Shown piece by piece: positions 20,122 through 30,624 of a stretch of 64,000 bases of DNA (positions within the stretch are counted from its first letter, which is position 1; each line of letters begins with the position of its first letter). Origin of the DNA: an uncultured Bacilli bacterium (GTDB lineage Bacteria; Bacillota_I; Bacilli_A; RF39; UBA660); NCBI GenBank assembly GCA_934169415.1, contig CAKPNP010000001.1, positions 25,854 through 89,853 of the forward strand, given 5' to 3'. Both the position numbers and the translations under genes were made by a program. The notes under the pieces were generated by a model that ran no database searches, was not told the origin of the DNA, and worked only from the letters and a program-made list of their open reading frames with translations.

Positions 20122-20150
20122 TTGACAAACCAGCGTTTTTCTAGTACAAT
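20122..20150 (+). promoter_or_regulatory. Consensus sigma-A promoter of rplM-rpsI
   Basis: TTGACA (20122-20127), a 17-nt spacer, then TACAAT (20145-20150). Confidence 0.6.
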
Positions 20151-20181
20151 CATTATTGGTACATTTAATTAATTCCCGCAC

Positions 20182-20208
20182 TGAATGAATCTTGGGACAA
20201 TTCATTCA
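20182..20208 (+). ncRNA. 5' leader hairpin of rplM (candidate L13 ribosomal-protein autoregulatory leader)
   Basis: TGAATGAAT-CTTGGGACA-ATTCATTCA forms a perfect 9-bp stem between the promoter and the rplM RBS. L13 leaders are known autoregulatory elements in Firmicutes. Confidence 0.45.
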
Positions 20209-20228
20209 TTGATAGAAAGGAAAACAAT

Positions 20229-20657
20229 ATGAAAAATTCATACATGCAAACTAAAGAGAATGTTGAAAGAAACTGGTATGTAATTGATGCAGAAGGAATG
20301 AGTTTAGGTCGCCTAGCTGCTAAAGTTGCAACAGTATTACGTGGTAAGAATAAACCTACATTTACACCACACATTGATTGTGGAGACTATGTTATAGTTG
20401 TTAATGCTTCAAAAGTTAATTTAACTGGTAAAAAATTAGACGATAAAATATACTATAATCACAGCGGATACACTGGTGGTTTAAGAGAAAGAACTGCTCG
20501 TGTTATGAGAGATGAATATCCTGTTGAAATGATTGAAAGAGCTGTTAAAGGAATGCTTCCAAATGGAAGATTAGGAAGACAAATGTATAAAAAATTATTT
20601 GTTTATGCAAATGAAACTCATCCACACGCTGCTCAACAACCAAAGGAAATGAAATAG
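20229..20657 (+). CDS. rplM: 50S ribosomal protein L13
   Basis: 142 aa with [37 protein letters not shown]13. Confidence 0.95.
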   Translation: MKNSYMQTKENVERNWYVIDAEGMSLGRLAAKVATVLRGKNKPTFTPHIDCGDYVIVVNASKVNLTGKKLDDKIYYNHSGYTGGLRERTARVMRDEYPVEMIERAVKGMLPNGRLGRQMYKKLFVYANETHPHAAQQPKEMK

Positions 20658-20666
20658 GGAGGTACT

Positions 20667-21077
20667 ATGGCAAAAGTATTTATTGGAACTGGTAGAAGAA
20701 AATCTTCTGTAGCTCAAGTTAAAATGACTTCAGGAACTGGTAAAATTACAGTTAATGGACGTGATGTAAGAGATTTCTTCCCTTATGAAACTAACGTTAT
20801 GGATTTAATGCAACCATTAGTTGCAACAGGTAATGAAACTACATTCGATATTGACGTTAAAGTTAATGGTGGTGGATTTACAGGACAAACAGGAGCTATC
20901 AGATTAGGTATAACAAGAGCTTTATTAGAATATGATGCTCCAAATGTAGATAGTGAAAATAGTTATCGTAAAATTTTAAAAAGAGCAGGTTTTGTAACTC
21001 GTGATTCAAGAAGCAAAGAACGTAAAAAACCAGGTTTAAAAGCTGCACGTCGTGCACCACAATTCTCAAAAAGATAG
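20667..21077 (+). CDS. rpsI: 30S ribosomal protein S9
   Basis: 136 aa with the C-terminal [15 protein letters not shown]9. Confidence 0.95.
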   Translation: MAKVFIGTGRRKSSVAQVKMTSGTGKITVNGRDVRDFFPYETNVMDLMQPLVATGNETTFDIDVKVNGGGFTGQTGAIRLGITRALLEYDAPNVDSENSYRKILKRAGFVTRDSRSKERKKPGLKAARRAPQFSKR

Positions 21078-21100
21078 GCCAATATTTTGGCTTATTTTTT
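21077..21100 (+). terminator. Rho-independent terminator after rpsI
   Basis: GGCCAA-TATT-TTGGCT followed by TATTTTTT. Confidence 0.55.
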
Positions 21101-21157
21101 ATTGTATTTAAACTTTATTTATAGTATAATTGTATAAGAATAAAGGTAGGGGAAAAT

Positions 21158-23500
21158 ATGACATTAACAAAAGAAGAATTATATAATATAGATGCTTATT
21201 TTAGAGCTGCAAACTATTTATCAGTGGGTCAATTGTATTTACTTGATAATCCACTTTTAACACGTCCTTTAGAATTAAGTGATATAAAACCTAATGTAGT
21301 AGGTCACTGGGGAACTGTACCTGGACAAAATTTTATTTATGTACATTTAAATAGAGTTATAAAAAAATATGATTTAAATATGATATATATATCAGGCCCT
21401 GGTCATGGTGGTAATGCTATAGTTGCTAATACATACTTAGAGGGAAGTTATACTGAAATTTATCCTAATATTACGAAAGATAAAGAAGGAATGAAAAAAT
21501 TATTTAAACAATTTTCTTTTCCAGGTGGTATATCAAGTCATGTAGCACCTGAAACACCAGGCTCAATAAATGAAGGTGGAGAATTAGGATATAGCTTGTC
21601 TCATGCTTTTGGTGCTGTACTTGATAATCCTGATTTAATAGCTGCGTGTGTTGTTGGTGATGGTGAAGCTGAAACAGGTCCTTTAGCAACTTCTTGGAAT
21701 ATTAATAAGTTTATAAATCCAAAGACTGATGGAATAGTTTTACCAATATTACATTTAAATGGATTTAAAATTGCTAATCCTACTATATTATCACGTATAT
21801 CACGTCCAGAACTTGATTGTTTGTTAAAAGGATATGGATGGATGCCTTATTATGTAGAAGGAACAGATCCACTTACTATGCATGAGGTAATGGCCTCAAC
21901 TTTAGATAAAGTTATAGAATCAATTAATGAAATAAAAGAAGAAGCTAAAAATGGTAAATATACAAGAAAATTATTTCCTATGATAGTTTTAAGAACTCCA
22001 AAAGGTTGGACAGGCCCAAAAGAAATAGACAGAAAACAAATAGAAGGAAGTTTTAGATCCCATCAAGTTCCAGTTGTAGTAAATAAAGATAATTTAGATA
22101 ATCTAGCTATATTAGAAAATTGGATGAAAAGTTATAAACCAGAAGAATTATTTGATAGCAAAGGGCATTTAAAAGAAGAAATTCAATCACTTGCTCCAGA
22201 ATTATCTAAGACTATGGGATTAAATAAACATGCTAATGGTGGAATTTTACTTAAAGAATTAAGATTACCAGATTTTAGAGAATATGCAGTTGATGTTAAA
22301 AGAGGAGAAACTGTATGTCAAGATATGATGGAACTTGGAAGATATATTAAAGCAGTTATAGAATTAAATGAAGACTCTAAAAATTTTAGAATATTTGGTC
22401 CTGATGAAGCTTTATCAAACAGATTAAATCATGTATTTGAAGCCACTAATAGAAAATGGGATTTACCAATAACAGAAAATGATGAATATTTATCTAATGA
22501 TGGTAGAGTATTAGATTCAATTTTATCTGAACATTTATGTGAAGGAGCTTTGGAAGGTTATTTATTAACAGGACGTCATGGATTTATGCACAGCTATGAA
22601 GCTTTTGTAAGGATTGTTGATTCTATGGCAAGTCAACATGCTAAATGGCTAAAGGTTACTAAAAATTTACCATGGCGTAGACCTATATCAAGTTTAAATT
22701 ATTTGTTATCAAGTCATATATGGCAACAAGATCATAATGGATATACACATCAAGATCCTGGATTTTTAAATCATTTAGTTACTAAAAAAGCAGATATAAC
22801 ACGTATATATTTACCTCCTGATGCTAACTGCTTAATATCATGTTTTAATCACTGTATAAAGACAAAAAACTATATAAATGTTATAGTGGCTTCTAAACAT
22901 CCTAGACAACAATGGTTAACTATGGATGAGGCTATAATTCACTGTACTAAAGGAATTGGAATTTGGTCATGGGCAGGAACAGAAGATGAAAATGAACCAG
23001 ATGTTGTACTTGCTTGTTGTGGTGACACTCCAACATTAGAAACACTTGCAGCATCTAAAATACTTAAAGAAAATTATCCTGATTTAAAAATAAGAGTTGT
23101 AAATGTAGTGGATTTAATGAAGCTACAGTCTAATTATGAACATCCACATGGCTTAACAGATGAAGAGTACAATAAAATATTTACTAAAGATAAACCTATT
23201 ATTTTTGCATTCCATGGGTATGCTAATTTAATACATCAGTTAACATATAAAAGATGTAATAAAAATTTACACGTTCATGGTTATATAGAAGAGGGTACTA
23301 TTACAACTCCATTTGATATGAGAGTTCAAAATGAATTAGATAGATTTCATTTAGTTATGGATGTTTTAAAATATACAGATAAATTAAAAGATTGTTCTTC
23401 TAAATTATATCAAGAATGTATGGATAAATTAGTTATGCATAAAGAATATATTAAAGAGTATGGTACGGATTTAGAAGAAATAAGAAATTGGAAATGGTAA
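21158..23500 (+). CDS. xfp: Xylulose-5-phosphate/fructose-6-phosphate phosphoketolase
   Basis: 780 aa with an N-terminus typical of XFP family phosphoketolases ([39 protein letters not shown]). Confidence 0.9.
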   Translation: MTLTKEELYNIDAYFRAANYLSVGQLYLLDNPLLTRPLELSDIKPNVVGHWGTVPGQNFIYVHLNRVIKKYDLNMIYISGPGHGGNAIVANTYLEGSYTEIYPNITKDKEGMKKLFKQFSFPGGISSHVAPETPGSINEGGELGYSLSHAFGAVLDNPDLIAACVVGDGEAETGPLATSWNINKFINPKTDGIVLPILHLNGFKIANPTILSRISRPELDCLLKGYGWMPYYVEGTDPLTMHEVMASTLDKVIESINEIKEEAKNGKYTRKLFPMIVLRTPKGWTGPKEIDRKQIEGSFRSHQVPVVVNKDNLDNLAILENWMKSYKPEELFDSKGHLKEEIQSLAPELSKTMGLNKHANGGILLKELRLPDFREYAVDVKRGETVCQDMMELGRYIKAVIELNEDSKNFRIFGPDEALSNRLNHVFEATNRKWDLPITENDEYLSNDGRVLDSILSEHLCEGALEGYLLTGRHGFMHSYEAFVRIVDSMASQHAKWLKVTKNLPWRRPISSLNYLLSSHIWQQDHNGYTHQDPGFLNHLVTKKADITRIYLPPDANCLISCFNHCIKTKNYINVIVASKHPRQQWLTMDEAIIHCTKGIGIWSWAGTEDENEPDVVLACCGDTPTLETLAASKILKENYPDLKIRVVNVVDLMKLQSNYEHPHGLTDEEYNKIFTKDKPIIFAFHGYANLIHQLTYKRCNKNLHVHGYIEEGTITTPFDMRVQNELDRFHLVMDVLKYTDKLKDCSSKLYQECMDKLVMHKEYIKEYGTDLEEIRNWKW

Positions 23501-23508
23501 TAATATAT

Positions 23509-23536
23509 AGACTATTGATGTAATAGTCTTTTTATT
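23509..23536 (+). terminator. Rho-independent terminator after xfp
   Basis: AGACTATT-GATGT-AATAGTCT followed by TTTTATTATTTT. Confidence 0.55.
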
Positions 23537-23578
23537 ATTTTAATTTAGTTTATAAATCTTACTTTTTTTATTTATTTT

Positions 23579-23587
23579 TGATATAAT
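23579..23587 (+). promoter_or_regulatory. Extended -10 element (TGaTATAAT) upstream of ldh
   Basis: The TGnTATAAT consensus sits 16 nt upstream of the ldh RBS AAGGGTG. Confidence 0.35.
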
Positions 23588-23603
23588 TAAAAGGGTGATA
23601 TAT

Positions 23604-24506
23604 ATGAATAAAGTTGTAATAATAGGCTGTGGAAATGTAGGTATGAGTTATGCTTATGCATTATTAAATCAATCTACATCAGTAAATGAATTAGTATTAA
23701 TTGATTTAAATCAAGAAAGAATAATAGGAGAGGCTATGGATTTAAATCATTGTCTTGCTTTTGCTCCTTCTAAAATAGATATAAAAGCAGGAAATTATAG
23801 TGATTGTAAGGATGCTAAGATAGTAGTAATAGCAGCAGGTGCTAATCAAAATCCGGGTGAAACAAGAATGGATTTAATAAATAAAAATTCTAAAATATTT
23901 AAATCTATTGTAGAAAGTGTTATGGAAAGTGGTTTTAATGGAATATTTTTAGTAGCAACTAATCCACTTGATGTTATGACATATTTAACTTATAAATATT
24001 CTAAATTAGATTCAAGTAGAGTAATAGGTTCTGGAACTAGTTTAGATACTTCTAGATTAAGATATATATTAGGTGAGAAATTGAGTATGAATCCTAAAAA
24101 TATGCATGCATATGTAATTGGTGAACACGGAGATTCTGAATTTGTTTTATGGAGTAAAGCTTTAGTAGGAACAGAAAATATAAATAAGTTTATTAGTACA
24201 GAAGAAATGTCTAGTATTGAATATGATGTAAGAAATGCGGCCTATGAAATTATTAATAGAAAAGGTGCTACATACTATGGTATTGGTATGTGTTTAGTAA
24301 GAATTACAAATGCAATTTTAAATAACGAAAATAGTATTATAACTGTATCAAGCTATGATAAAGATAATGATATTTATATTGGACTTCCAACAGTTATTAA
24401 TAGTAATGGTGCTACAAAAATGTATATTGAATTAAATAAAGATGAAACTATTAAATTACAAAATTCAGTTGATGTTATTAAGAAAGCTATAAATAATTTA
24501 AAGTAG
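23604..24506 (+). CDS. ldh: L-lactate dehydrogenase
   Basis: VIIGCGNVGMSYAYAL (NAD binding), GETRMDL and IGEHGDSE are the L-LDH signatures. The ATG at 23604 is preferred over the GTG at 23595. Confidence 0.85.
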   Translation: MNKVVIIGCGNVGMSYAYALLNQSTSVNELVLIDLNQERIIGEAMDLNHCLAFAPSKIDIKAGNYSDCKDAKIVVIAAGANQNPGETRMDLINKNSKIFKSIVESVMESGFNGIFLVATNPLDVMTYLTYKYSKLDSSRVIGSGTSLDTSRLRYILGEKLSMNPKNMHAYVIGEHGDSEFVLWSKALVGTENINKFISTEEMSSIEYDVRNAAYEIINRKGATYYGIGMCLVRITNAILNNENSIITVSSYDKDNDIYIGLPTVINSNGATKMYIELNKDETIKLQNSVDVIKKAINNLK

Positions 24507-24513
24507 GTGAATT

Positions 24514-25374
24514 ATGAATTTAAGTGATGAATGGAAAGATTATGAATGTATTTCAGCGGGAAATGGTGAAAAATTAGAACGTTGGGGTAGTGTAATATTA
24601 CGTAGACCAGATCCACAAGCTATGTGGATTATAAAAAATAGTGATTTATGGAATAATCCTGATGCTTATTATCACCGTTCTAATAAAGGTGGTGGATATT
24701 GGGATTTTTATAAAAAGGTTCCTGAGTATTGGACTATAAATTATAAAAATTTAAAATTTAAAGTAAGTCCTACTAATTTTAAACATACAGGTATATTTCC
24801 AGAACAAGCAACTAATTGGGATTTTTCTATGAATAAAATTAAGACTGCTAATAGAAATATTAAAGTACTTAATTTGTTTGCCTATACTGGTGCTGCTACA
24901 ATGGCTGCAGCATCTGCAGGTGCTAGTGTCGTACAAGTTGATGCATCTAAAGGCATGACTGAATGGGCTAAAGAAAATATGCATTTATGTGGCCTAGATA
25001 ATGCCAATATAAGATTTATTGTAGATGATTGTATGAAATTTGTTCAAAGAGAATATAGACGTGGTAATAAATATGATGTAATTATTATGGATCCACCTTC
25101 TTATGGAAGAGGTCCAAATGGAGAAATGTGGAAATTTGAACATAATCTAGATAATTTAATCAAAGAATGCTTAAAAATATTAAGTGATGAACCATTATTT
25201 TTCTTAATAAATTCATATACAACTGGAATATCAAGTACAGTATTATATAATATTCTTAAAACATCTATGGAAAAATATAAAGGACATGTTACTTCTGGAG
25301 AATTAGGTCTTCCAATAACTGATAATAATTTAGTTTTACCATGTGGAATATATGGAAGGTGGGAATGTGATTAA
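24514..25374 (+). CDS. Class I SAM-dependent RNA methyltransferase (RlmI/YwbD-like catalytic domain)
   Basis: VLNLFAYTGAATMAAASAGA...VVQVDASK is the motif-I region and IIMDPPSY is motif IV. 286 aa. Confidence 0.65.
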   Translation: MNLSDEWKDYECISAGNGEKLERWGSVILRRPDPQAMWIIKNSDLWNNPDAYYHRSNKGGGYWDFYKKVPEYWTINYKNLKFKVSPTNFKHTGIFPEQATNWDFSMNKIKTANRNIKVLNLFAYTGAATMAAASAGASVVQVDASKGMTEWAKENMHLCGLDNANIRFIVDDCMKFVQREYRRGNKYDVIIMDPPSYGRGPNGEMWKFEHNLDNLIKECLKILSDEPLFFLINSYTTGISSTVLYNILKTSMEKYKGHVTSGELGLPITDNNLVLPCGIYGRWECD

Positions 25375-26023
25375 TATTTTATATGAAGATAATCACATTT
25401 TAGTAGTAGAAAAACCTATAAATATGCCTACGTGCCTAGATAGTTCTAATGATTTAGATTTACTTACTAAACTAAAAGAATATATAAAAAATAAATATGA
25501 TAAAAAAGGTAATGTATATCTTGGCTTAGTCCATAGACTAGATAGACCAGTAGGCGGGGTTATGGTGTTTGCTAAAACAAGTAAGGCTGCATCTAGATTA
25601 TCAGAGAGTATAAGAACAAATAGTATAAATAAAAAATATTATGCTGTTGTAATGGGTAAAGTTAATAGTCATGGAATATATAAAGATAAATTGTTAAAAG
25701 ATCCAAAAACTAATACAACTAAAGTAGATTTAAAAGGAAAAGAATCTATTTTAGAGTACGATTTAATAGATTATAAGAATGATTTATCATTAGTTGATAT
25801 TAAATTAAAAACTGGTAGATCCCATCAGATAAGAGTTCAATTTTCATATCATGGAAATCCTTTATATGGTGATCAAAGGTATAATAAAAAAGCAAAAGTA
25901 AAAGAACAAATCGCACTTTTTTGCTATTCATTAGAGTTTATTCATCCAACTACTAAAGAATTAATGAAATTTAATCTAGATTTACCTAATAGATATCCTT
26001 TTAATTTATTTGAAGTACATTAA
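25343..26023 (+). CDS. RluA-family pseudouridine synthase
   Basis: The catalytic HRLDRPVGGVMVFAKT motif (Asp in HRLD). It overlaps the upstream methyltransferase gene end. Confidence 0.8.
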   Translation: MEYMEGGNVINILYEDNHILVVEKPINMPTCLDSSNDLDLLTKLKEYIKNKYDKKGNVYLGLVHRLDRPVGGVMVFAKTSKAASRLSESIRTNSINKKYYAVVMGKVNSHGIYKDKLLKDPKTNTTKVDLKGKESILEYDLIDYKNDLSLVDIKLKTGRSHQIRVQFSYHGNPLYGDQRYNKKAKVKEQIALFCYSLEFIHPTTKELMKFNLDLPNRYPFNLFEVH

Positions 26024-26173
26024 TAATTTAAATTTTTGGCAAATAGTTATAAAAAATTATTTGTCCTTTTTGTTTAAGAGTAAAATTACTATTTTGTAAA
26101 AGATAGTTACATATTTTAATAAATATGCTAGAATAGTTAATATAAGTTAATCAAATGTTAAAGGAGTGATATA

Positions 26174-26842
26174 ATGTCAATCATTAAACAAAAAGAAAAA
26201 GGAACATTAGTAGTAATAAGTGGTCCAAGTGGTGCAGGAAAAGATACTATTATAAATGAGGTAATAAAGAAAGAAAAAATAAATGCCTGGGTATCTATAT
26301 CAATGACATCACGCCCTTTACGTGGAAACGAAGTAGATGGAAAAGATTATTTTTTTGTAACTAAAGAAGAATTTGAAGATAACATAAAAAAAGGTAATTT
26401 TTTAGAGTATGCTAAATATAATGACAATTACTATGGTACACCTAAAAATAAGATTGAAGATTATCTAAATAAAGGTATAGATGTAATACTTAATATTGAA
26501 ATTCAAGGTGCTTTACAAATAAAAGAATTAATAAAAGATGCTTTATTTATTTTTATAATGCCACCTTCAATGGAGGAATTAAAAAGAAGATTAATAAATC
26601 GTGGCACTGATAGTAGTGAAAAAATATTATCAAGATTTAAAACAGCTTATCAAGAAATTAATGATGTTACTAAATATAATTATGTAGTTGTTAATGATGA
26701 TTTAGATAAAGCAGTTGATAAAGTTGAAGCCATTTTAATATCAGAAAAATGTAGAGTAGATCGCATTGAAGAAGTATTTTTAAATAATACTGAGGAATTA
26801 CTTCATGAGGGGCTACTAGATAATAAAATATTTATAAACTAA
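26174..26842 (+). CDS. gmk: Guanylate kinase
   Basis: P-loop ISGPSGAGKDT, then SMTSRPLRGNEVDGKDYFFV and NYYGTP, which align along their whole length with bacterial Gmk. RBS AAAGGAGTG. Confidence 0.85.
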   Translation: MSIIKQKEKGTLVVISGPSGAGKDTIINEVIKKEKINAWVSISMTSRPLRGNEVDGKDYFFVTKEEFEDNIKKGNFLEYAKYNDNYYGTPKNKIEDYLNKGIDVILNIEIQGALQIKELIKDALFIFIMPPSMEELKRRLINRGTDSSEKILSRFKTAYQEINDVTKYNYVVVNDDLDKAVDKVEAILISEKCRVDRIEEVFLNNTEELLHEGLLDNKIFIN

Positions 26843-26848
26843 AAACCG

Positions 26849-26885
26849 ATTATATAGTATATTAATGTTTCTTTTAATATTATTT
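26849..26885 (+). repeat. 37-bp direct repeat, a duplicate of the cwlD 5' coding end
   Basis: ATTATATAGTATATTAATGTTTCTTTTAATATTATTT recurs at 27081-27117 (1 mismatch) inside the cwlD start. Confidence 0.8.
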
Positions 26886-27072
26886 TAGATTTCAATATAA
26901 ATAGTCATAAATGATATTTATTTGCAAAAAATATTAAATAAAGTTTTTTTTGCAAATGAACTTGCAAAACTTTATAAGAGTTAGTTTTATCTTATTTATA
27001 TAATCATTATTTGTAAATATTAAATATTTTAAAATAAATAACATTAATAGCATATAATTTAATGGTGAAATT

Positions 27073-27726
27073 ATGAGTAAATTATATAGTCTATTAATGT
27101 TTCTTTTAATATTATTTACAAGCGCTAGTGTAAGAGCTTTAAATCTTCCTTTACTTGGAAAAGTTATCTATTTAGATCCTGGTCATGGTGGAACTGACCC
27201 GGGAGCTTTATATAATAACTTAAAGGAAGAAAATCTTAATTTAGAACTCGCATTATCAATGCAAACTGAATTTGAAAAAAATGGTGCTATTGTTTATTTA
27301 ACGAGATATGGTGATTATGATTTATCAGTTAAAAATGCGGTTTCAAGAAAAAGAAGTGATTTATCTAGAAGAGCAAATATGATTAATAAATCAAATGCTG
27401 ATTTATATTTTTCAATCCATTTAAATGCAGATTCAGATTCTAGTTGGTATGGTACTCAAGTGTTTTATGATACTGTAAATCCTGAAAATGAAAATATTGC
27501 TAAAATATTACAACAAGAATATAATAAAAATTTAAATACTAAAAGAGAGTATAAAAATATAAAAGGACATTATTTATATAGAAGAATAAATGTTAAAGGT
27601 GTACTTATAGAAGCTGGTTTTATAACTAATCCTAATGATAGATATTTACTTAAAAGTAAAAAGTATCAAAATAAATTTTCTAAAATTACTGTTCAAGCAA
27701 TTGTAAAATATTATCAAAATAGTTAA
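27073..27726 (+). CDS. cwlD: N-acetylmuramoyl-L-alanine amidase (Amidase_3), germination-specific CwlD-like
   Basis: Signal peptide plus YLDPGHGGTDPGA, the Amidase_3 zinc-site motif. 217 aa. It lies downstream of rplM-rpsI, as in the Bacillus rpsI-ybaK-cwlD arrangement. Confidence 0.75.
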   Translation: MSKLYSLLMFLLILFTSASVRALNLPLLGKVIYLDPGHGGTDPGALYNNLKEENLNLELALSMQTEFEKNGAIVYLTRYGDYDLSVKNAVSRKRSDLSRRANMINKSNADLYFSIHLNADSDSSWYGTQVFYDTVNPENENIAKILQQEYNKNLNTKREYKNIKGHYLYRRINVKGVLIEAGFITNPNDRYLLKSKKYQNKFSKITVQAIVKYYQNS

Positions 27727-27836
27727 TTTTATTAAAAAAAGTGTTGAAAAATAAACATAAAAATGCTAAACTTCTATTATAGAGTATGGTAGATAAGGAA
27801 ACTTATTAAAATACCCTCTAAAATAAGGAGGAAAGT

Positions 27837-30239
27837 ATGGCAAGGGAAGAAATATTAAATGTCTTAAAAGAATTACAAGATATGAATACAAATGAATTAG
27901 AAGATTTAAATATTTCAAAGAAAATAGTAGAAAATGAAATTGCTAAATTAGAAGAAAAAATAAGTGATAATTCAAATTATCCAGTTTTTGATTACATTAA
28001 TACTAAATCTAAAATAAATAATATTGATAGAGCTTTAACTTCTTTAAGTGAGAGAATGGATAGTAATGATTCTATAGTAGATAATGAAAATACAAGTGTA
28101 GAATTACTTGATTCAGAAATCGAAAAATTAAATGCACAAATTTCTGAAACTCAACAACAATTAGATGATATAGGTAGGAAACTACGTTCATTAGGTGAAA
28201 ATCCTGATAAAGGTTTAGAAGAGGAATACTCTAAATTATTACAAGAAAGAAGGGAAAATTTAACCAATTTAAATGATGAACTAGAAGCATGTGAAGAAAA
28301 TAAAAAATCTAGTTTAGATTCAGTAGAAAAATTAAAGGATAGTAATAGACAATTAGCTGAGTTGATTAATCGTTATGATAAATTAAAAGAAAATTTAAAT
28401 GAACGTGAAAAAAACAAAGAAAGTTATGATAAGTCTAAAAAAAGATTAGATGAAAGTAGATTAGTTGAGTTAAAATCTAGTTTAGATGTTATTAATAGTC
28501 GTAATAATTATATAAATAGTACTGTAATTTCTGAAGTAATTAATGATATAGAAAATAATAATATTAGTGATGAAGAAATAAATAATAGATTATTAGAGTT
28601 AAAGGATAATATGCCTAGTGATTATATTGAAAATTCATCTGATATTATAGAAAAAATTAAAGAAAAAGAAGATAATCTTACTATGCTTATATCTGATTTA
28701 CAAACTAAATTATTGGATGAGGTTAATTATACGCCATCTATATTTGCAACTGAAGTATATAGTGATGAAATAAGTGATTACGAATCAAGAATTAAATCAT
28801 ATGATAATGAAATGAGTAATAAAGATTTATATATTTCAAGATTAGAAAAGGTTATTGATGGTATAAATAATAATATTACTATTAAAGAGAGTAAAATTAT
28901 TGAATTACAAAGTAGAATAGATTATTTAAGATTTGAAATGACTGACTCTAGTTATTCAAAACAAGATTTAGATTCATTCACTAAAGAAATCAGTAAAAAT
29001 AAAAAAGAAATAGAAAATATAAGAAAACAAATTGAAAGATTAAATAAAAATATTTCTACTAAAGAAACTTTGATATCTTCATTAAAAAAAGATAGAAAAG
29101 AAGTAGAAAATATCAAAAATGCTGATTTAAAAACTTTAGAAGGATTAAGAGCTACTCTTGATGATAGAAAAACATTAGATAGAGTAAGTATTGCTAATGA
29201 TAAGAAACAATTAGAAGTATATCTAAGTGAAAGAAAATTATTAGAATCATTAGAAAGATTCTATGGTGTTGAATTTGATAAATTGAATATTGATATAAAA
29301 TCTAACAATTTAGAAAATAATGAAGCAGAACCAGTTGTTGAAACTAAAGAAATAGAAAAATCTGTAAGTATAAAGGATAACATAGAAGAATCAGTTGAAG
29401 TTAAAGAAAATGATGCTTCTATAGATCCAGAAGAAAATATAGAAGTTGTAGAAAACACTAGTGTAGAAGATGCAATTAGTGAAGAAAATAACTTAGAAAA
29501 TTCAGAAAATATAGAAACCTCAGAAAATGTAGAAACTTCAAAAGATTTAGAATCATCTTTAGCAAATAACTTATATCATGTAGATAAACTTGAAGATATA
29601 GAAGAACCAACATTTCAAATGCCTGAGGCTTCAAGTCTAGCTTCTGATATTGATTCTAGTGTTATTAATTCAGTAGAACCAGAAGCTCCAATTTTAGAAA
29701 AAGATGAAAAAGAAAAAGTTGTTGGATATAATCCTGCTAGTAACAGTTTAGTTGAAAAATCAAGAAATACTAAATTTATTTCTAAAATTAAAGAAAAATT
29801 ATCTGCAATTAGATTTTCATTAGCTGTAGGAGCTGTTAATGTTAAAAAGTTTGTTAGTGAACTTAAAAATGATATTCATACTTCTATTAAAAATGCTAAA
29901 AATAATGAGCCAAATTCATTTGTTGACACTGTTTTAAATTCTAATGAAAATTTGAAACTAAAAGAAGATTTAAAGGTAGATGAAAAAAAATCTGAAAAAA
30001 TAGATGAACCTTCAAATACTGTTGATAAAGAAGATGTAGTTTCAGAGCCTAACTTGATGGAAGAATTAGATTCATATACTCCAGATGAAAATGAAACTGG
30101 TTTAAATAATAATATTGAATATGAACCAGCAGATAGTGTGACTATAGGTGAAGAGGGAACTGTAGAAGATTTATTTATTCGTAATTTACAACATGAATTA
30201 TTTGGAAATGAAGAACCTAGTATGGGAAGATCTAGATAG
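27837..30239 (+). CDS. Large (800 aa) coiled-coil protein with an acidic low-complexity C-terminal third; hypothetical
   Basis: Strong RBS AAGGAGGAAAG. It has a heptad-rich, E/K/L-rich N-terminal 500 aa and a D/E/S/N-rich tail. Confidence 0.6.
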   Translation: MAREEILNVLKELQDMNTNELEDLNISKKIVENEIAKLEEKISDNSNYPVFDYINTKSKINNIDRALTSLSERMDSNDSIVDNENTSVELLDSEIEKLNAQISETQQQLDDIGRKLRSLGENPDKGLEEEYSKLLQERRENLTNLNDELEACEENKKSSLDSVEKLKDSNRQLAELINRYDKLKENLNEREKNKESYDKSKKRLDESRLVELKSSLDVINSRNNYINSTVISEVINDIENNNISDEEINNRLLELKDNMPSDYIENSSDIIEKIKEKEDNLTMLISDLQTKLLDEVNYTPSIFATEVYSDEISDYESRIKSYDNEMSNKDLYISRLEKVIDGINNNITIKESKIIELQSRIDYLRFEMTDSSYSKQDLDSFTKEISKNKKEIENIRKQIERLNKNISTKETLISSLKKDRKEVENIKNADLKTLEGLRATLDDRKTLDRVSIANDKKQLEVYLSERKLLESLERFYGVEFDKLNIDIKSNNLENNEAEPVVETKEIEKSVSIKDNIEESVEVKENDASIDPEENIEVVENTSVEDAISEENNLENSENIETSENVETSKDLESSLANNLYHVDKLEDIEEPTFQMPEASSLASDIDSSVINSVEPEAPILEKDEKEKVVGYNPASNSLVEKSRNTKFISKIKEKLSAIRFSLAVGAVNVKKFVSELKNDIHTSIKNAKNNEPNSFVDTVLNSNENLKLKEDLKVDEKKSEKIDEPSNTVDKEDVVSEPNLMEELDSYTPDENETGLNNNIEYEPADSVTIGEEGTVEDLFIRNLQHELFGNEEPSMGRSR

Positions 30240-30247
30240 GAGGAATT

Positions 30248-30496
30248 ATGGAAAATAGAATTAATACTATTATGACTTTAGCTGATGGAAGTAAATATTT
30301 AATTATAAAGCAAGCTATATATAAAAATGAAAATTATTTTGTAGCAACAAAACTTGATAGTAATGAAGAACTTACCGATGAAGTTAGAGTTTTACATGAA
30401 ATTAAAAGCGATGATACCTATGTAGAAGATGTAAAAGACTTAGATTTATTTGATTTAATTATTAAATATGTTGGGTTAGAAATCAAACAAGATTAA
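30248..30496 (+). CDS. Small DUF1292/UPF0473-like protein
   Basis: 82 aa with the pattern TLADGSKYLIIKQAIYKNENYFVATKL, then an acidic tail. RBS AGGAGGAA. Confidence 0.45.
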   Translation: MENRINTIMTLADGSKYLIIKQAIYKNENYFVATKLDSNEELTDEVRVLHEIKSDDTYVEDVKDLDLFDLIIKYVGLEIKQD

Positions 30497-30624
30497 TTTC
30501 TTGTTTTTTTTATTAATATAAAAATGTACAAAATAGTATACAAATTCTAAATATTAATTTGAATTTCGATAAAAATCTTTATTTATTTATAAATATTTGA
30601 TAAAATTAAAATAGGTGGTAGAAT

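Noticed and set aside
29261-29458. 65-aa minus-strand ORF
   Set aside because: It is antisense within the acidic tail of the 800-aa coiled-coil gene.
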